A stretch of DNA of 64,000 bases, taken from assembly GCA_965226375.1 (NCBI GenBank), contig CBDDCX010000008.1, positions 864,001 through 928,000 on the forward strand, read 5' to 3'. The notes below the pieces were generated by a model. The model searched no databases. It saw only the letters and a list, made by a program, of their open reading frames with translations, and had not been told where the DNA came from. The position numbers and the translations under genes were made by a program. The DNA comes from Longimicrobiales bacterium. Lineage in GTDB: Bacteria > Gemmatimonadota > Gemmatimonadetes > Longimicrobiales > Gaopeijiaceae. This document shows positions 51,116 through 61,580 of this stretch, in pieces (position 1 is the first letter of the stretch; each line of letters begins with the position of its first letter).

Positions 51116-51964
51116 GTGATCTCGCCGGGGAAGGGCCTGTCTCAAGTTCGTATCTCCCGGCTCGTCGATGGACGCCTTCTTGAACGCAAAGACGTCGTCG
51201 CCGTCGAGGAGCCTTTGGAGATTCGCGTGGAGTACACACGCGACGGGACTCGACAGATGTCGGCGATCTCCGTGACCATGCGTACCCCTGGGAGTGACTT
51301 CGAACTGGCCGCCGGTTTCCTGTCGGGCGAGCGAATTTTGCACCACCGAGACCAGATATCGGGAATCAACTATTGCCAAGGGGACGAGCCTCAGACGTAC
51401 AACATCGTTCAGGTCAGCCTGCGTCCGGAGACACCGTTCGATCCCGAGTCGCTCTCCAGGAACTTCTACATGACCTCGAGTTGTGGAGTATGTGGCAAGG
51501 CCTCCCTGGAAGCGGTGGAGGTCGGGGGATGTGAGCGTCTGCCCGACGAGGGACTGAAGGTGCCTGCCGAGGTGCTCACCGGTTTGCCAGAGATCCTACG
51601 GGCCGAGCAGGGCCTCTTCGACCGTACCGGGGGGATTCATGCCGCCGGGCGTTTCGACGAAACGGGGCGGCTAGTGTCCCTCAAAGAAGACGTCGGCCGG
51701 CACAACGCCGTCGACAAGATCGTCGGCGAGGCGTTCCTCGCGGGAGAGCTGCCTCTGGCCCGAACCGTCCTCGCGGTCTCGGGCCGTTCTTCCTTCGAGA
51801 TCATGCAGAAGGCCGTGGCAGCGGGCATTCCAATCGTCGCGGCGGTCGGTGCTCCGTCCAGCTTGGCCGTGGAGTTCGCACACAATTTCAACATGACCCT
51901 CCTCGGCTTCACTCGGGCAGAGGGCTTCAACATCTATGCGGGCTCGGAGCGTGTTGCGGGGTGA
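51116..51964 (+). CDS. fdhD: Formate dehydrogenase accessory sulfurtransferase
   Basis: VEEPLEIR, TMRTPG, SSCGVCG, TGGIHAA, EDVGRHNAVDK. Confidence 0.95.
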   Translation: MISPGKGLSQVRISRLVDGRLLERKDVVAVEEPLEIRVEYTRDGTRQMSAISVTMRTPGSDFELAAGFLSGERILHHRDQISGINYCQGDEPQTYNIVQVSLRPETPFDPESLSRNFYMTSSCGVCGKASLEAVEVGGCERLPDEGLKVPAEVLTGLPEILRAEQGLFDRTGGIHAAGRFDETGRLVSLKEDVGRHNAVDKIVGEAFLAGELPLARTVLAVSGRSSFEIMQKAVAAGIPIVAAVGAPSSLAVEFAHNFNMTLLGFTRAEGFNIYAGSERVAG

Positions 51965-52587
51965 GCGAGGCTGACGAGCTCTTCGGCGTCGTCCTAGCGG
52001 GAGGTGCGAGTCGCCGGTTCGGTCGTTCGAAAGCATTGGCCGAGATAGGCGGGGCGCCGTTGGCCGGACGGAGCGTGGACGCGTTGCGCTCGGCCGGCCT
52101 TCCCGTAGGCATCGTCAGCGCGGACGAGTCGGTCGGGACGACGCTGGGTGTTCCTTCGCGCCCGGACATCGAGCCGGGATTGGGCCCCCTGGGTGGTCTT
52201 TGGACCGCCCTGGAATGGGCGTGTGAGCGAGGCGAATCTGCGGTCTTTCTCCTCGGGTGTGACATGCCCCTGGTCAGCGCTGAGGTGATTCGGCTGATCA
52301 TCGGTCGGGCGGGACAGGCGCTCGCCGTGGCTCCGGTGGGTGCAGGCGGCCTCCAGCCGCTGTGCGCGCTCTACCGAACGGCCTGCCTACCGGAGGTCGA
52401 GAGGAGGATTCGCTCAGACGATCGCTCTCTACACGGGTTCCTTGCGGCCATGCAGGCTGAGCAGGTGAGTGAGCGCGAAGTCGCTGCCCTCGCGGACCCC
52501 GAGACGGTCTTCTGGAACGTCAACACCGAGGCCGACGGGGAGCGGGCGGCAGAGTTGCTCGCGGCGAATCCAAGGATCGGGCGATGA
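51961..52587 (+). CDS. mobA: Molybdenum cofactor guanylyltransferase
   Basis: LAGG.SRRFG..K, GPLGG, CDMP, PL.ALY, NVNT. Confidence 0.92.
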   Translation: MSEADELFGVVLAGGASRRFGRSKALAEIGGAPLAGRSVDALRSAGLPVGIVSADESVGTTLGVPSRPDIEPGLGPLGGLWTALEWACERGESAVFLLGCDMPLVSAEVIRLIIGRAGQALAVAPVGAGGLQPLCALYRTACLPEVERRIRSDDRSLHGFLAAMQAEQVSEREVAALADPETVFWNVNTEADGERAAELLAANPRIGR

Positions 52588-53165
52588 CGGAGCGTCGACC
52601 CGAAGCCTCAGTTCAGCCGACGGGGGTTCAGCCGCCGGGGGTTCAGCCGCCCGTTGTGAGCGTGATCGGCTTCAAGGACAGCGGCAAGACCTCGGTGGCC
52701 GTCGGACTGGTCGCGGCGCTGGAACGACGCGGGCGCAGGGTCATGGTCGTCAAACACGGCCACGGCTTCACGATCGACACACCCGGTACCGACTCATGGC
52801 GACTCCGCCACGAGGGTCGGGCAGCCCGTGTGGTGCTGGCCGGTCCCGACGACCTGGTGGTGATGGGGGAGTGGGGGCCCGAGGGTGAACCCCCACTCGA
52901 AGAGGTGGTGAGCCGTTTCGTTTCCGATGCCGAGATCGTCGTGGTGGAAGGCTACAAGGAGGCTTCCGTTCCCAAGATCGAGGTTCACCGGCCCGAAGCG
53001 CATCCCCGGCCTATCTACCGTGCCGATGGAGATGGGGCGGAGTTCTACTTGGCCCTGGTGACCGACGCGGTCGGCCTCGAGTTACCGATCCCCGTGCTGG
53101 ACTTGAATGCGCCGGACCTATCTGAGCGTCTGGCCGACCTGGTAGAAGCTTCTCTGCTCGCTTAG
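52584..53165 (+). CDS. mobB: Molybdopterin-guanine dinucleotide biosynthesis protein B
   Basis: GFKDSGKT, VKH.H, D.PGTDS, VVEGYK. Confidence 0.92.
   Translation: MTERRPEASVQPTGVQPPGVQPPVVSVIGFKDSGKTSVAVGLVAALERRGRRVMVVKHGHGFTIDTPGTDSWRLRHEGRAARVVLAGPDDLVVMGEWGPEGEPPLEEVVSRFVSDAEIVVVEGYKEASVPKIEVHRPEAHPRPIYRADGDGAEFYLALVTDAVGLELPIPVLDLNAPDLSERLADLVEASLLA
52611..52652. repeat. 15-bp tandem repeat (GTTCAGCCG.CGGGG, ~3 copies) in the mobB 5' end
   Basis: Encodes VQPTG-VQPPG-VQPP. Confidence 0.85.
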
Positions 53166-53194
53166 AGTCGGGCCGAAACACCTCTGACAGAACA

Positions 53195-54268
53195 CTAGGC
53201 CATCGGGCGCGACCCGATGTCAGGGTGCGCCAGCATGAAGTCCACCAAGCGGGGGAGGTATTCGTCGAACCGGGGGGGTCGTAGACCGCTCCCCTCCAGA
53301 GCCTTTTCGGTGGACGCGGTCTAGTAGAGCGTGGGGTGCGTGAAGTAACCCAGGGCTCCGGACGGAATGCCGGTCCAGCGTTTGACCCCGGGCACCCGGA
53401 GGGTTGCCCAGTCCGCCAACCGGTGGGGAAGGCGCACTCGCACAATTCGTCGGTCGGTGAGACGCCCCATGAGGTCGATCACTTCGTGAGCAGTGTATGG
53501 AGCAGGATCCGCAAGATGAAACGTGCTCCCCAGGGTGTCTGGTCGGGCGGACAGGTAGTCGATGGCCTTCGTGACGAAGTCTCGAGGTACGAAGTTGACC
53601 CGCGCCCCGCCGCCGCCCAGAACGGGCACAAGGGCGATTTTTCTCTGCCTCAAGATCAGCCTCAGCACGAAGTAGGGTCCGTCATACTTTTGGGTCGCTC
53701 CCGAGTCGGAATCTCCGACCACGGATGCCGGTCGGTAAATAGTCACAGGACCTCCGCCAACGGCCCACGCGCGCACCGCATCTTCCGCCATGAACTTGGA
53801 TTCTTCGTAGACGTTGTTGAAGGACTGGCCGACGTCTAGGTCCGCCTCATGGAACACTCCGGGGTGCCTGCCACTCACATAACACGTGCTCACGTAGTTC
53901 GCGCGTCGTAGGTTCGTGCATTCGTCCAAGAGCCGGAGCACGTTTCGCGTGCCCGTGACGTTGACCGAGAGGGCCCGGCTCCGTGGCATATCGAGATCGT
54001 AGATCGCTGCTAGGTGAAAAGCGTGATCCACGGAGACGAGCCATTGGGGTGAGCCGAGCCCGAGACCGGGTCGGGTGATGTCTCCCTCGACCAATTGGAC
54101 GCGCTCAGAGATCTCCGGGCCGAGTTCTTGCAAAGCACGTTGGGCCGCGGGGCTGAACGCAGGTTGGAAAAGACAGTGGGCCCGGGCCTCGATATGCCGG
54201 GTCAGAAGTCGCGACAGAAGCTTGCTTCCCAGGAATCCGGGGAACCCGGTGAAGAGGATATGCTCCAT
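53195..54268 (-). pseudogene. Extended SDR (thioester-reductase-like) oxidoreductase with one internal TAG
   Basis: TGFPGFLG, HLAAIY, YEESK, IYRP; TAG at 53321-53323 followed by 41 sensible in-frame codons ending ...HPDIGSRPMA*. Confidence 0.8.
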
Positions 54269-54330
54269 GAGTCGAAGGATATCCCGTAGTGCGTGCTCGG
54301 GCACCAGGTGGCAACGGCAGAGGAGCGTCG

Positions 54331-56127
54331 ATGCCCTCTAGCGGCGAGCCACGGGTAGGCCGGTCCGGATGGATACTCTCCTTGGGAGTGTCCTTTGTGG
54401 CGCTGCTGTCCCTCGCCTTGATGCCGTGGTTTCTCGAGCGGCAGCAGGCCGACCTCGCCCGAGATATAGACGTCTTCTCCGAGGCACGGCCACTCATCCC
54501 CGAGATCGCCCTCTCCCACTCCAATCAGATGATGCGTGTGGAGCAGTACGTGGCCTCGGGCGACTCGACGTTCCTGGGACTTTACCGCGAGGACCTCGAA
54601 AAGGAAGCCTTGCGACTGGATGAGCTGGAGCAGGTGATCGGCGAGATGCCGTCCGCGTTCTCCTACCTGAGGGAGCTCACTCAGCTCGAGATGCGGATCA
54701 GCGATTGGCAAGTGCTGCACGCACCTCTCATGGAAGGTGGAGTGATCGGCATTAGTCCCGAGGAATTCGGAGAGAGATTGGGGGACGATCGGGCGCGCTA
54801 TGAAGCCGTGCGCTCTGACACCCGGGCGTTCGAAGACCGCCTGATCCGTGACGCGGCATCGGCATCGATACGGTGGGATCGGCAGGCTCTCATCCAGCTC
54901 TGGGTCACCGTCGGCACCATCGCCCTGGCGGTCGTGGGAGCGCTAGCGATGGGCATGGTGGGCTACCGGCTGCAAGAGCTGGTTCAGAACGAGACCCGGC
55001 GACGCCAGGAGACGGTGGCGGCCCGTCGCGGACTCCGTGCGGTCCTAGGAGGGACCGGTGATGTGCTCGTGGGTCTCGATCTGGATGGCCGTTGCACGTT
55101 TCTGAACGAGGCCGGCGCCGAGCTGTTGGGATATTCTCCCAGAGAACTACGGGGTCAGTTGGTCCATCCACTGATCCATCATACGCGACCCGACGGCACC
55201 CCTCACCCGGCAGACGAATGCCCCGTGCGCACGTCGCTCGCAACCGGTGAGACGATCCGTGTTCTCGACGATGTCGTCTGGCGCAAGGACGGGTCCTCGT
55301 TCCCTGTACAACTCAGCGTGAGCCCGATGAAGGATGGCCTCGAGGTTGGAGGCGTCGTGTTGACCGTCACCGACATGACGGAGATGCGCGAGGCTGAGCA
55401 GGCGTTGCGCGCGGCCGTCCGGGCCCGAGACGAAGTCCTGGCCGTGGTCTCGCACGATCTGAGGAACCCCGTGGGAACGATCGCCGCCGCCGCCGAGCTT
55501 TTGGCCGATGTCCCGCTACCGGCCGAGGCGCGCAGCGAGCACCTCGAAATCATCCACCGGGCCGCGCACCGTATCAACCGCCTGATCCAAGATCTCCTGG
55601 ATGTCGCTCAGATCGAAGCGGGGCAACTCTCCGTTTGGCAGAAGCCCGTGGAGACTGGTGAGATGCTCGACGAGGCCGTTGCGTCGGCGCGGGCACGGGC
55701 GGATGAAGAAGCCGTGCGCCTACGTGCCGAGATCGAGCCGGGGCTCCCGCAAGTGGAAGCGGATCGTGATCGGATCCTCCAGGTAATGTCGAACCTTATC
55801 GTGAACGCTCTGAAGTTCACCCCGGAGGGCGGGGACGTGATCGTCACGGCTTCGGGTTCCGATGGAGGGGTGCTTGTGGCGGTGAGCGATACGGGCCCCG
55901 GGATCGAGACCGAGATGCGCGAGCACCTGTTCGACCGTTTCTGGAAGGGCCATCGCACCGCTGGAGGGGGTGCCGGCCTAGGCCTCGCGATCGTGGAGGG
56001 TATCCTGGCGGCCCACGGTACCCGAGTTCAGGTCGAGACCGAGGTAGGGGAGGGGAGCAGGTTCTCCTTCGTGCTACCGCTCCTGAACCCGAGTGCCTCA
56101 CAGGAGTTGCGCACCACCGAGGCGTAG
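54331..56127 (+). CDS. PAS-domain sensor histidine kinase
   Basis: Two TM helices, PAS (FLNEAG, RKDGS.FPV), H-box SHDLRNP, N-box NLIVNALKF, DTGPG, GLGL. Confidence 0.95.
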   Translation: MPSSGEPRVGRSGWILSLGVSFVALLSLALMPWFLERQQADLARDIDVFSEARPLIPEIALSHSNQMMRVEQYVASGDSTFLGLYREDLEKEALRLDELEQVIGEMPSAFSYLRELTQLEMRISDWQVLHAPLMEGGVIGISPEEFGERLGDDRARYEAVRSDTRAFEDRLIRDAASASIRWDRQALIQLWVTVGTIALAVVGALAMGMVGYRLQELVQNETRRRQETVAARRGLRAVLGGTGDVLVGLDLDGRCTFLNEAGAELLGYSPRELRGQLVHPLIHHTRPDGTPHPADECPVRTSLATGETIRVLDDVVWRKDGSSFPVQLSVSPMKDGLEVGGVVLTVTDMTEMREAEQALRAAVRARDEVLAVVSHDLRNPVGTIAAAAELLADVPLPAEARSEHLEIIHRAAHRINRLIQDLLDVAQIEAGQLSVWQKPVETGEMLDEAVASARARADEEAVRLRAEIEPGLPQVEADRDRILQVMSNLIVNALKFTPEGGDVIVTASGSDGGVLVAVSDTGPGIETEMREHLFDRFWKGHRTAGGGAGLGLAIVEGILAAHGTRVQVETEVGEGSRFSFVLPLLNPSASQELRTTEA

Positions 56128-57164
56128 TCCGGGTCCAGAGTCAGTCGAACGTCATCACCGGCCGTATAGGGCTGGTTGGTCGGCAGCTGCACGGTGAGCG
56201 TCCGGTGCCCGCCAGCGCTGGTGGGAATCTCCACTTCGGCCTCTACGTTGCTTCCCGTAAAGGTCGTGGATGTGATCTTACCGTGGAGCATCCCGTGCTC
56301 AGAAGGCTCGAAGCCCTCGGGCCTTACGGCGACCATCACCGGCGCACCGTCCGGTAGGCCGGAACGGTCGACGCGACAAAAGGACCCGAAGTCGGTAAGC
56401 ACACACCCGTCGACGCCCTGAATCAGGCCCTTCAACAGGTTGGTCCGACCCACGAAGGTCGCCACGAAGATGGACTCCGGATGCTTGTAGATCTCCTGCG
56501 GGGTCCCGATCTGCTCCATACGCCCCTGGTTCATGACCGCGACCCGATCCGAGATGGCCAGAGCGTCCCGCTGGTCATGGCTCACGAGCACACAGGTGAT
56601 GCCGGCGGCGCGGAGGCTCCCCACGACCTCGTCCCGCACGTTGTCGCGCAGGTGGGCATCGAGATTGCTGAAGGGCTCATCCATGAGCACGACGACGGGC
56701 TCCGGGGCGATGGCTCTCGCCAGAGCAACGCGCTGCTGCTGTCCGCCGGAAAGCTCGTGCGGATACCGGTCGAAATGATGGGATAGGTCCAGGAGTCGGA
56801 GCACGTCACGAGCACGTTGGGGCCGGTCGGACGCGCGACGGCCGTGCAGTCCGAACATGACGTTGTCTCCCACGGTGAGGTGGGGAAAGAGCGCATAATC
56901 CTGAAAGACCATTCCGACGCCGCGATTCTCCGGCGGGACCCAACAGCCGTTGCCCGACACTGACCGGTCGAGAATCCTGACCTCGCCCTGGTCGGGCGCC
57001 TCGAAGCCCGCGATGAGCCGGAGTGTGGTCGTCTTTCCACATCCGCTCGGGCCCAGGAGCGTGAGAATCTCGCCTTGGCGTACGTCTATCGACACATCGA
57101 CCAGGGCCTTGACGGGGCCCGGCCAATATCGCTTGCTCACGTTGTTGAGGTCGATGACCGGCAT
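56028..57164 (-). CDS. ABC transporter ATP-binding protein (FbpC/PotA-like, TOBE tail)
   Basis: GPSGCGKT, VFQDYALFPH, LSGGQQQR, MDEPFS; start 57164 or 57194. Confidence 0.93.
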   Translation of the reverse strand: MPVIDLNNVSKRYWPGPVKALVDVSIDVRQGEILTLLGPSGCGKTTTLRLIAGFEAPDQGEVRILDRSVSGNGCWVPPENRGVGMVFQDYALFPHLTVGDNVMFGLHGRRASDRPQRARDVLRLLDLSHHFDRYPHELSGGQQQRVALARAIAPEPVVVLMDEPFSNLDAHLRDNVRDEVVGSLRAAGITCVLVSHDQRDALAISDRVAVMNQGRMEQIGTPQEIYKHPESIFVATFVGRTNLLKGLIQGVDGCVLTDFGSFCRVDRSGLPDGAPVMVAVRPEGFEPSEHGMLHGKITSTTFTGSNVEAEVEIPTSAGGHRTLTVQLPTNQPYTAGDDVRLTLDPDYASVVRNSCEALGFRSGSTKENLLPSPTSVST

Positions 57165-57301
57165 GGTGCGATCGCGGTTGAGAATCGTTTTCAACTCCTA
57201 TCGATGGTAGCGGATCTGGGGCGGGAGTTCAACGAGGCGGCGCCAGAAGTGTGCGTGCGCTCTCGACCGGATCGGGCCCGTGGCTACCGGATTCACCCCG
57301 C

Positions 57302-58972
57302 TCAGTGCGAGGGAACTTCGTGCTCGGCGGCCAGGGTGTGGTAGTCCTCTAGTTCTTGCGTCCTACGGTCCACACTCCACTCGAGCTCTGCGGCCATGAT
57401 GTCAGCCGCGGCTTCGGCCGCCGCGAGCCCGAAGTTCTCGCTGAACAGAAGCAGGGCCGCCCGTCGGTCCATAAAGTCCGTGAGCGTCCGGGCCATCTCA
57501 TTGGTCACCGCGTTCCGGGCCTCGGCTCTGATCGCAGGTACGTCTGGATGAAGCGGCCTCAGCCATGATGGGTCATCGACCGCCAAGGCGATGAAGTCGT
57601 CCAGCTGTCTGCCGTAGAGCCAGCAGAGGCGCTCGACGGTCGCCGGCGCGACGCCCATTTCCGCAAGGCTCCGACCACGGGCCGCGTGGAACGCCTGCAT
57701 CCCCTCGGGTCCCACTTCCGCCCCTGGGAGCGGCACGGTCGCGGTACGCTCCGGCAGCCCCGGGGCCGGGCCCAGCTCGGCGTCGGCAATCGCAAGAATC
57801 CTGTGAGCCATAGTCCGGTACGTGGTGAGCTTGCCACCCGCGATGCTGATCAACCCGGGAGGCGAGTGCCACACCGCGTCCTCGCGTGAGGTGTTGCGCG
57901 TGCTCTTTCCTTTCTCCCGGATGAGAGGCCTCACGCCAGCCCATGTCGCCAGCACGTCGTCCCCGGTGAGGTGCTGGTCGGGGAAGCAATCCTGGACCAT
58001 ACCGAGAACCTCGTTCACGTCGGCGCTCGTGGCGCGCGGCTGGTCCAACGGGCCGTCGTACTCCGTGTCTGTCGTACCCACGTAGACGTAGTTCAAGCGC
58101 CGCATGGCGAGTCCGCGCTTGCCGTTGGTGGCCCGAAGGAACGTCGCCCCAGATATGGGAAGTCGATCGGCACGAAGCAGAATGTGGATGCCCTTGCTGG
58201 GAACGAGCGGGTGCTGGGTCTCGATCCCTCCCGCGGTCAGCACCTCCTCGCACCACACCCCGGTGGCGTTCACGGTCACGCGGGCCGAAACGTTCACGAC
58301 CGTGCCTTCCAGCGTGTCCGTCACCTGGCACCCCATCACCCGGCCATCCTTCATCTTCAGTGGGCCGGCCCGGGCGTGATTGACGACCAGTGCTCCGTAC
58401 TGGGCGGCGGACTGCGCGTTCTCCAGGGTGAGGCGGGCGTCGTCGGTGATGTACTCGAGATAGCGTACCCCTCCTTTGAGTCGCTCCCGGAGTCCGGGAA
58501 GCTGCTGGCGCACCTCTTCGGGAGAGAGGTTGGTGTGCTTGTCTTTTCCGTCGGTGCTTGCCAGGTAGTCGAAGACGGCCAGCCCGGCTCGGATCTTCAT
58601 GAGACTCTCGCCCTCAAAGACCGGATACATGAACGCCAGGGGGTGCACGAGATGCGGGGCGATGGTGCGGAGAACTTCCCGCTCCTGTGCCGCCTCTTTC
58701 ACGAGAAGGAAGTGTCCGTACTCCAGATAGCGCACCCCTCCGTGCACGATCTTCGAGGAGCGACTCGAAGTTCCGAACCCGAAGTCCTCTTTCTCTACGA
58801 GCCCGACCTTCCAACCCCGCAGTGCCGCATCACGAGCGATTCCACAGCCGGTGATGCCACCGCCGATGATCAGAAGATCGAGGCGCTCTCGGCCCAGATT
58901 GACGAGGGCCTCCCGACGTCCTGAAGAGCCGGAAAAGGGGGAGGAGGACATCAGGCGATGATCGTCAGGCAC
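57302..58972 (-). CDS. glpD: Glycerol-3-phosphate dehydrogenase/oxidase (FAD)
   Basis: IIGGGITG, GTSSRSSK..HGG.RYL, DDARL, GTTD, AGVRPL, GGKLTTYR. Confidence 0.95.
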   Translation of the reverse strand: MPDDHRLMSSSPFSGSSGRREALVNLGRERLDLLIIGGGITGCGIARDAALRGWKVGLVEKEDFGFGTSSRSSKIVHGGVRYLEYGHFLLVKEAAQEREVLRTIAPHLVHPLAFMYPVFEGESLMKIRAGLAVFDYLASTDGKDKHTNLSPEEVRQQLPGLRERLKGGVRYLEYITDDARLTLENAQSAAQYGALVVNHARAGPLKMKDGRVMGCQVTDTLEGTVVNVSARVTVNATGVWCEEVLTAGGIETQHPLVPSKGIHILLRADRLPISGATFLRATNGKRGLAMRRLNYVYVGTTDTEYDGPLDQPRATSADVNEVLGMVQDCFPDQHLTGDDVLATWAGVRPLIREKGKSTRNTSREDAVWHSPPGLISIAGGKLTTYRTMAHRILAIADAELGPAPGLPERTATVPLPGAEVGPEGMQAFHAARGRSLAEMGVAPATVERLCWLYGRQLDDFIALAVDDPSWLRPLHPDVPAIRAEARNAVTNEMARTLTDFMDRRAALLLFSENFGLAAAEAAADIMAAELEWSVDRRTQELEDYHTLAAEHEVPSH

Positions 58973-59777
58973 CGGCCCAGGCGAGGAGTGTCTCGACCTG
59001 GTCCGTCGTGAAACGTGTGACTCCCCCGTCTGCCAGGCGGGTCGCCTCTGCCGGATCGTTGACCGTCCATACAGCCACGTCGATTCCGGCCTCTCTCGCC
59101 CGCGCGACGGTCGAAGGATCTTCGAGGGCCAGGTCGTGATTCAGGTCGAGGATGGCCCTCGGGTCGTCTTCGGCCCGCTCCAACCCCTCGTCGAAACGAT
59201 CCGCGGTGTCGACGATGAATCCGATGGCCAGGGCCGGCTCCTGGCCGCGAATACGATCCAAGATGTTCCAGTCCATACTGATAAAGGTAGTCAGTTCTAG
59301 CAGACCGGCCTCGCGCACCAGTCGGACCATGCGGTCCAGGTCCTCGAGCTCTCGGAACCCCTTTACCTCGGGATAGATGCGATCGACACGGCCCTTGAGC
59401 GCCTCCAGCGCCTCTGCCAGAGACGGTACCTTCTCTCCCGCGAACGCGGCCGAGAACCACTTGCCCGCGTCCATTGCCTGCAGTTGTCCCAGCGTTCGGC
59501 GTCGGACCGGCCCCACTCCGTTGGTGGTGCGGCCGAGGTTCACGTCGTGGAACAGTACCGGCGTCCCGCATAAGGCTACATGCAGGTCGAACTCGACGGC
59601 GCGGGCGCCGGCGGTCAGCGCCGCCTCGAGGGAAGCCAGGGTGTTCTCGGGTGCAACGGCGGAGTAGCCGCGGTGACCGATGATCTCGAGTCCAGGAGCC
59701 GCGCCGGCGTCTCCGGATTCTGGCCCTGCTGGTGCCTCTGAGCCTCTCGAATCAGGCTCGAAGGCACCTTCCAGCAT
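58965..59777 (-). CDS. Glycerophosphodiester phosphodiesterase
   Basis: IGHRG, PENT, VEFD, HD..L.RTT, WTVN, TTD. Confidence 0.93.
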   Translation of the reverse strand: MLEGAFEPDSRGSEAPAGPESGDAGAAPGLEIIGHRGYSAVAPENTLASLEAALTAGARAVEFDLHVALCGTPVLFHDVNLGRTTNGVGPVRRRTLGQLQAMDAGKWFSAAFAGEKVPSLAEALEALKGRVDRIYPEVKGFRELEDLDRMVRLVREAGLLELTTFISMDWNILDRIRGQEPALAIGFIVDTADRFDEGLERAEDDPRAILDLNHDLALEDPSTVARAREAGIDVAVWTVNDPAEATRLADGGVTRFTTDQVETLLAWAGA

Positions 59778-59778
59778 G

Positions 59779-60087
59779 TTATTCTCCCGCGCCCCCGGAG
59801 GGCAACCGAGCCGGATCCTTCGGCGATGACCGTAACTCCTGTTGGAACTCGCCCATCTCTACCAGCCGATGGACGTTCGATTCGATGGACTCGATCTGCT
59901 GCTCCATGAGCGCCATTCTTCGCTCCAAAATGGACACGGCCTCATCACTGCCGCGCCCTTCGAAGAGGCGACTCAAGGCCTCCACAGTCGGCTTGAGTGC
60001 AACCCTGGCCGTGATCCCCAGCACCGGAATGAGCACGACGGCGATTCCCATGAAGACGGCCAGGAGCGCCGTCAGGTCAATGGGCAT
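59779..60087 (-). CDS. Small membrane protein (TM plus coiled coil)
   Basis: Hydrophobic N-terminus, then LERRMALMEQQIESIE coiled coil; GGAG at its 3' end serves the next gene. Confidence 0.7.
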   Translation of the reverse strand: MPIDLTALLAVFMGIAVVLIPVLGITARVALKPTVEALSRLFEGRGSDEAVSILERRMALMEQQIESIESNVHRLVEMGEFQQELRSSPKDPARLPSGGAGE

Positions 60088-60306
60088 GATCGGTGGACCC
60101 TGGAGAAGGACCGGTGACGCGAATAGCATGAGTGACCTCTACGCCGTACGAGTTATCATCAGCAGGTGTCGAATGGATGGACCTGGCTCACCGCCGACGC
60201 AAGGCGGTGGCGTTCCAACCCCCAGGGGGTGGGAGATGTCCAAGTGTTTGGAAGAGAAACCCCGAACCGGTAGTGAGAGTTGAGCAACTTGGCCGCGCGA
60301 GCCACG

Positions 60307-60822
60307 ATGAAGGTTGAGGGTAACGACGTAACCTTGGCCGCGAACGGAGATCCGGCCGCTTTCGAGCGACTGTATCACACGAGCGTGTCCAGGATTCACA
60401 GCCTTGCTCGGCGGATGGCGGGGGACGATGTCGCGGATGATCTGACGCAGGAGGTCTTCATCCGTGCCTGGCAGAAATTACCGACGTTCAGAGGTGAATC
60501 GGCCTTCGGGACCTGGCTGCACCGGCTGCCGGTGAACTTGATCCTGACGCGGAGGGAGAGCCTCCGGAAGCGGGAGTCGAGGCAGGGCGGGGGGCAGGAA
60601 ATGCTGGAGCGCATGTCAGGGCGGCAGGGCATACCCGGATTCGGCCTGGATTTCGACAGGGCGGTCGGGGGGCTACCCGAGGGGGCGAGAGAGGTGTTCG
60701 TTCTCTACGACGTGGAAGGATACAGCCATCAGGAAATCGCGACGCGCATGGGGATCAGCACCGGGACCTCGAAGTCCCAACTCCACCGCGCTCGCATGAT
60801 GCTGCGGAAATTTTTGGATTGA
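60307..60822 (+). CDS. ECF RNA polymerase sigma factor
   Basis: AFERLY, DLTQEVFI, F.TWL.R, EGYSHQEIA..MGI..GTSKSQLHRAR. Confidence 0.95.
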   Translation: MKVEGNDVTLAANGDPAAFERLYHTSVSRIHSLARRMAGDDVADDLTQEVFIRAWQKLPTFRGESAFGTWLHRLPVNLILTRRESLRKRESRQGGGQEMLERMSGRQGIPGFGLDFDRAVGGLPEGAREVFVLYDVEGYSHQEIATRMGISTGTSKSQLHRARMMLRKFLD

Positions 60823-60869
60823 TGACGAAGGGGATCAGGGCACGGTAAGCCGACCCAAGGAAGAGACCC

Positions 60870-61580
60870 ATGACGGAAAAACATTACACCGACAGACTGT
60901 CGGATTATCTGAACGATGACTTGCCCGAGGCCGAGCGCCTGGAGGTCGAGGCTCACCTCTCCGGATGTGGGGAGTGCCGAGCGCTGCTCGAGGAGTTGCG
61001 GGCCGTGGTCGCCAGAGCCGGTGACCTAGAGGACTCTCTTCCGGAAAGCGACCTGTGGACGGGTATCGCTCAGGCCATCCGGACCGCGCCGCAGGAAGAC
61101 GACCAGGTCATCGACCTGTCTGCCCGGCTGGCGGGCTCGAATCCAGTTGAGGTCGATCGCCGGGTCAGGCTCACGGTGTCCCAGTTGGTTGCAGCGAGCG
61201 TCATCATGATGATGGCTTCGGGTGCCATGGCCTGGTCGCTACGGCCGGTCTCTCAAGGCCCCGGTTCCGTCGGTGATGTGCAGCCCGCCGTGGTGCTGCC
61301 GGCCTCGCTGGCCGACCGGCCGAGCCTGACCGGCTACACACAGGAGGTGGCACAGTTGGAGGCCCTCGTGGCCGAACATCGCGATGAGTTGGCTCCGAAT
61401 ACGGTGCGTATTCTCGAGAAGAACCTGGCCATAATCGACCGGGCCATCGAGGAGTCGAGCGTGGCGTTGGCCGCGGACCCGGGCAACGAGTACCTGCTCG
61501 AGCATCTGGGGCGCGCCTTTGAGCGAAAGGTCGACTACCTCCGAGATGCTTCTGACATCTCGGGTTGGGTGACGGGCTGA
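60870..61580 (+). CDS. Anti-sigma factor with zf-HC2 (ZAS) domain
   Basis: H...RLSDYL...HLSGCGEC plus TM helix; directly after the ECF sigma gene. Confidence 0.9.
   Translation: MTEKHYTDRLSDYLNDDLPEAERLEVEAHLSGCGECRALLEELRAVVARAGDLEDSLPESDLWTGIAQAIRTAPQEDDQVIDLSARLAGSNPVEVDRRVRLTVSQLVAASVIMMMASGAMAWSLRPVSQGPGSVGDVQPAVVLPASLADRPSLTGYTQEVAQLEALVAEHRDELAPNTVRILEKNLAIIDRAIEESSVALAADPGNEYLLEHLGRAFERKVDYLRDASDISGWVTG

Noticed and set aside
40864..53323. Stop-codon recoding (Pyl/Sec or alternative code)
   Set aside because: Internal stops include TAG, TGA and TAA, all three end normal genes here, and no recoding machinery is visible
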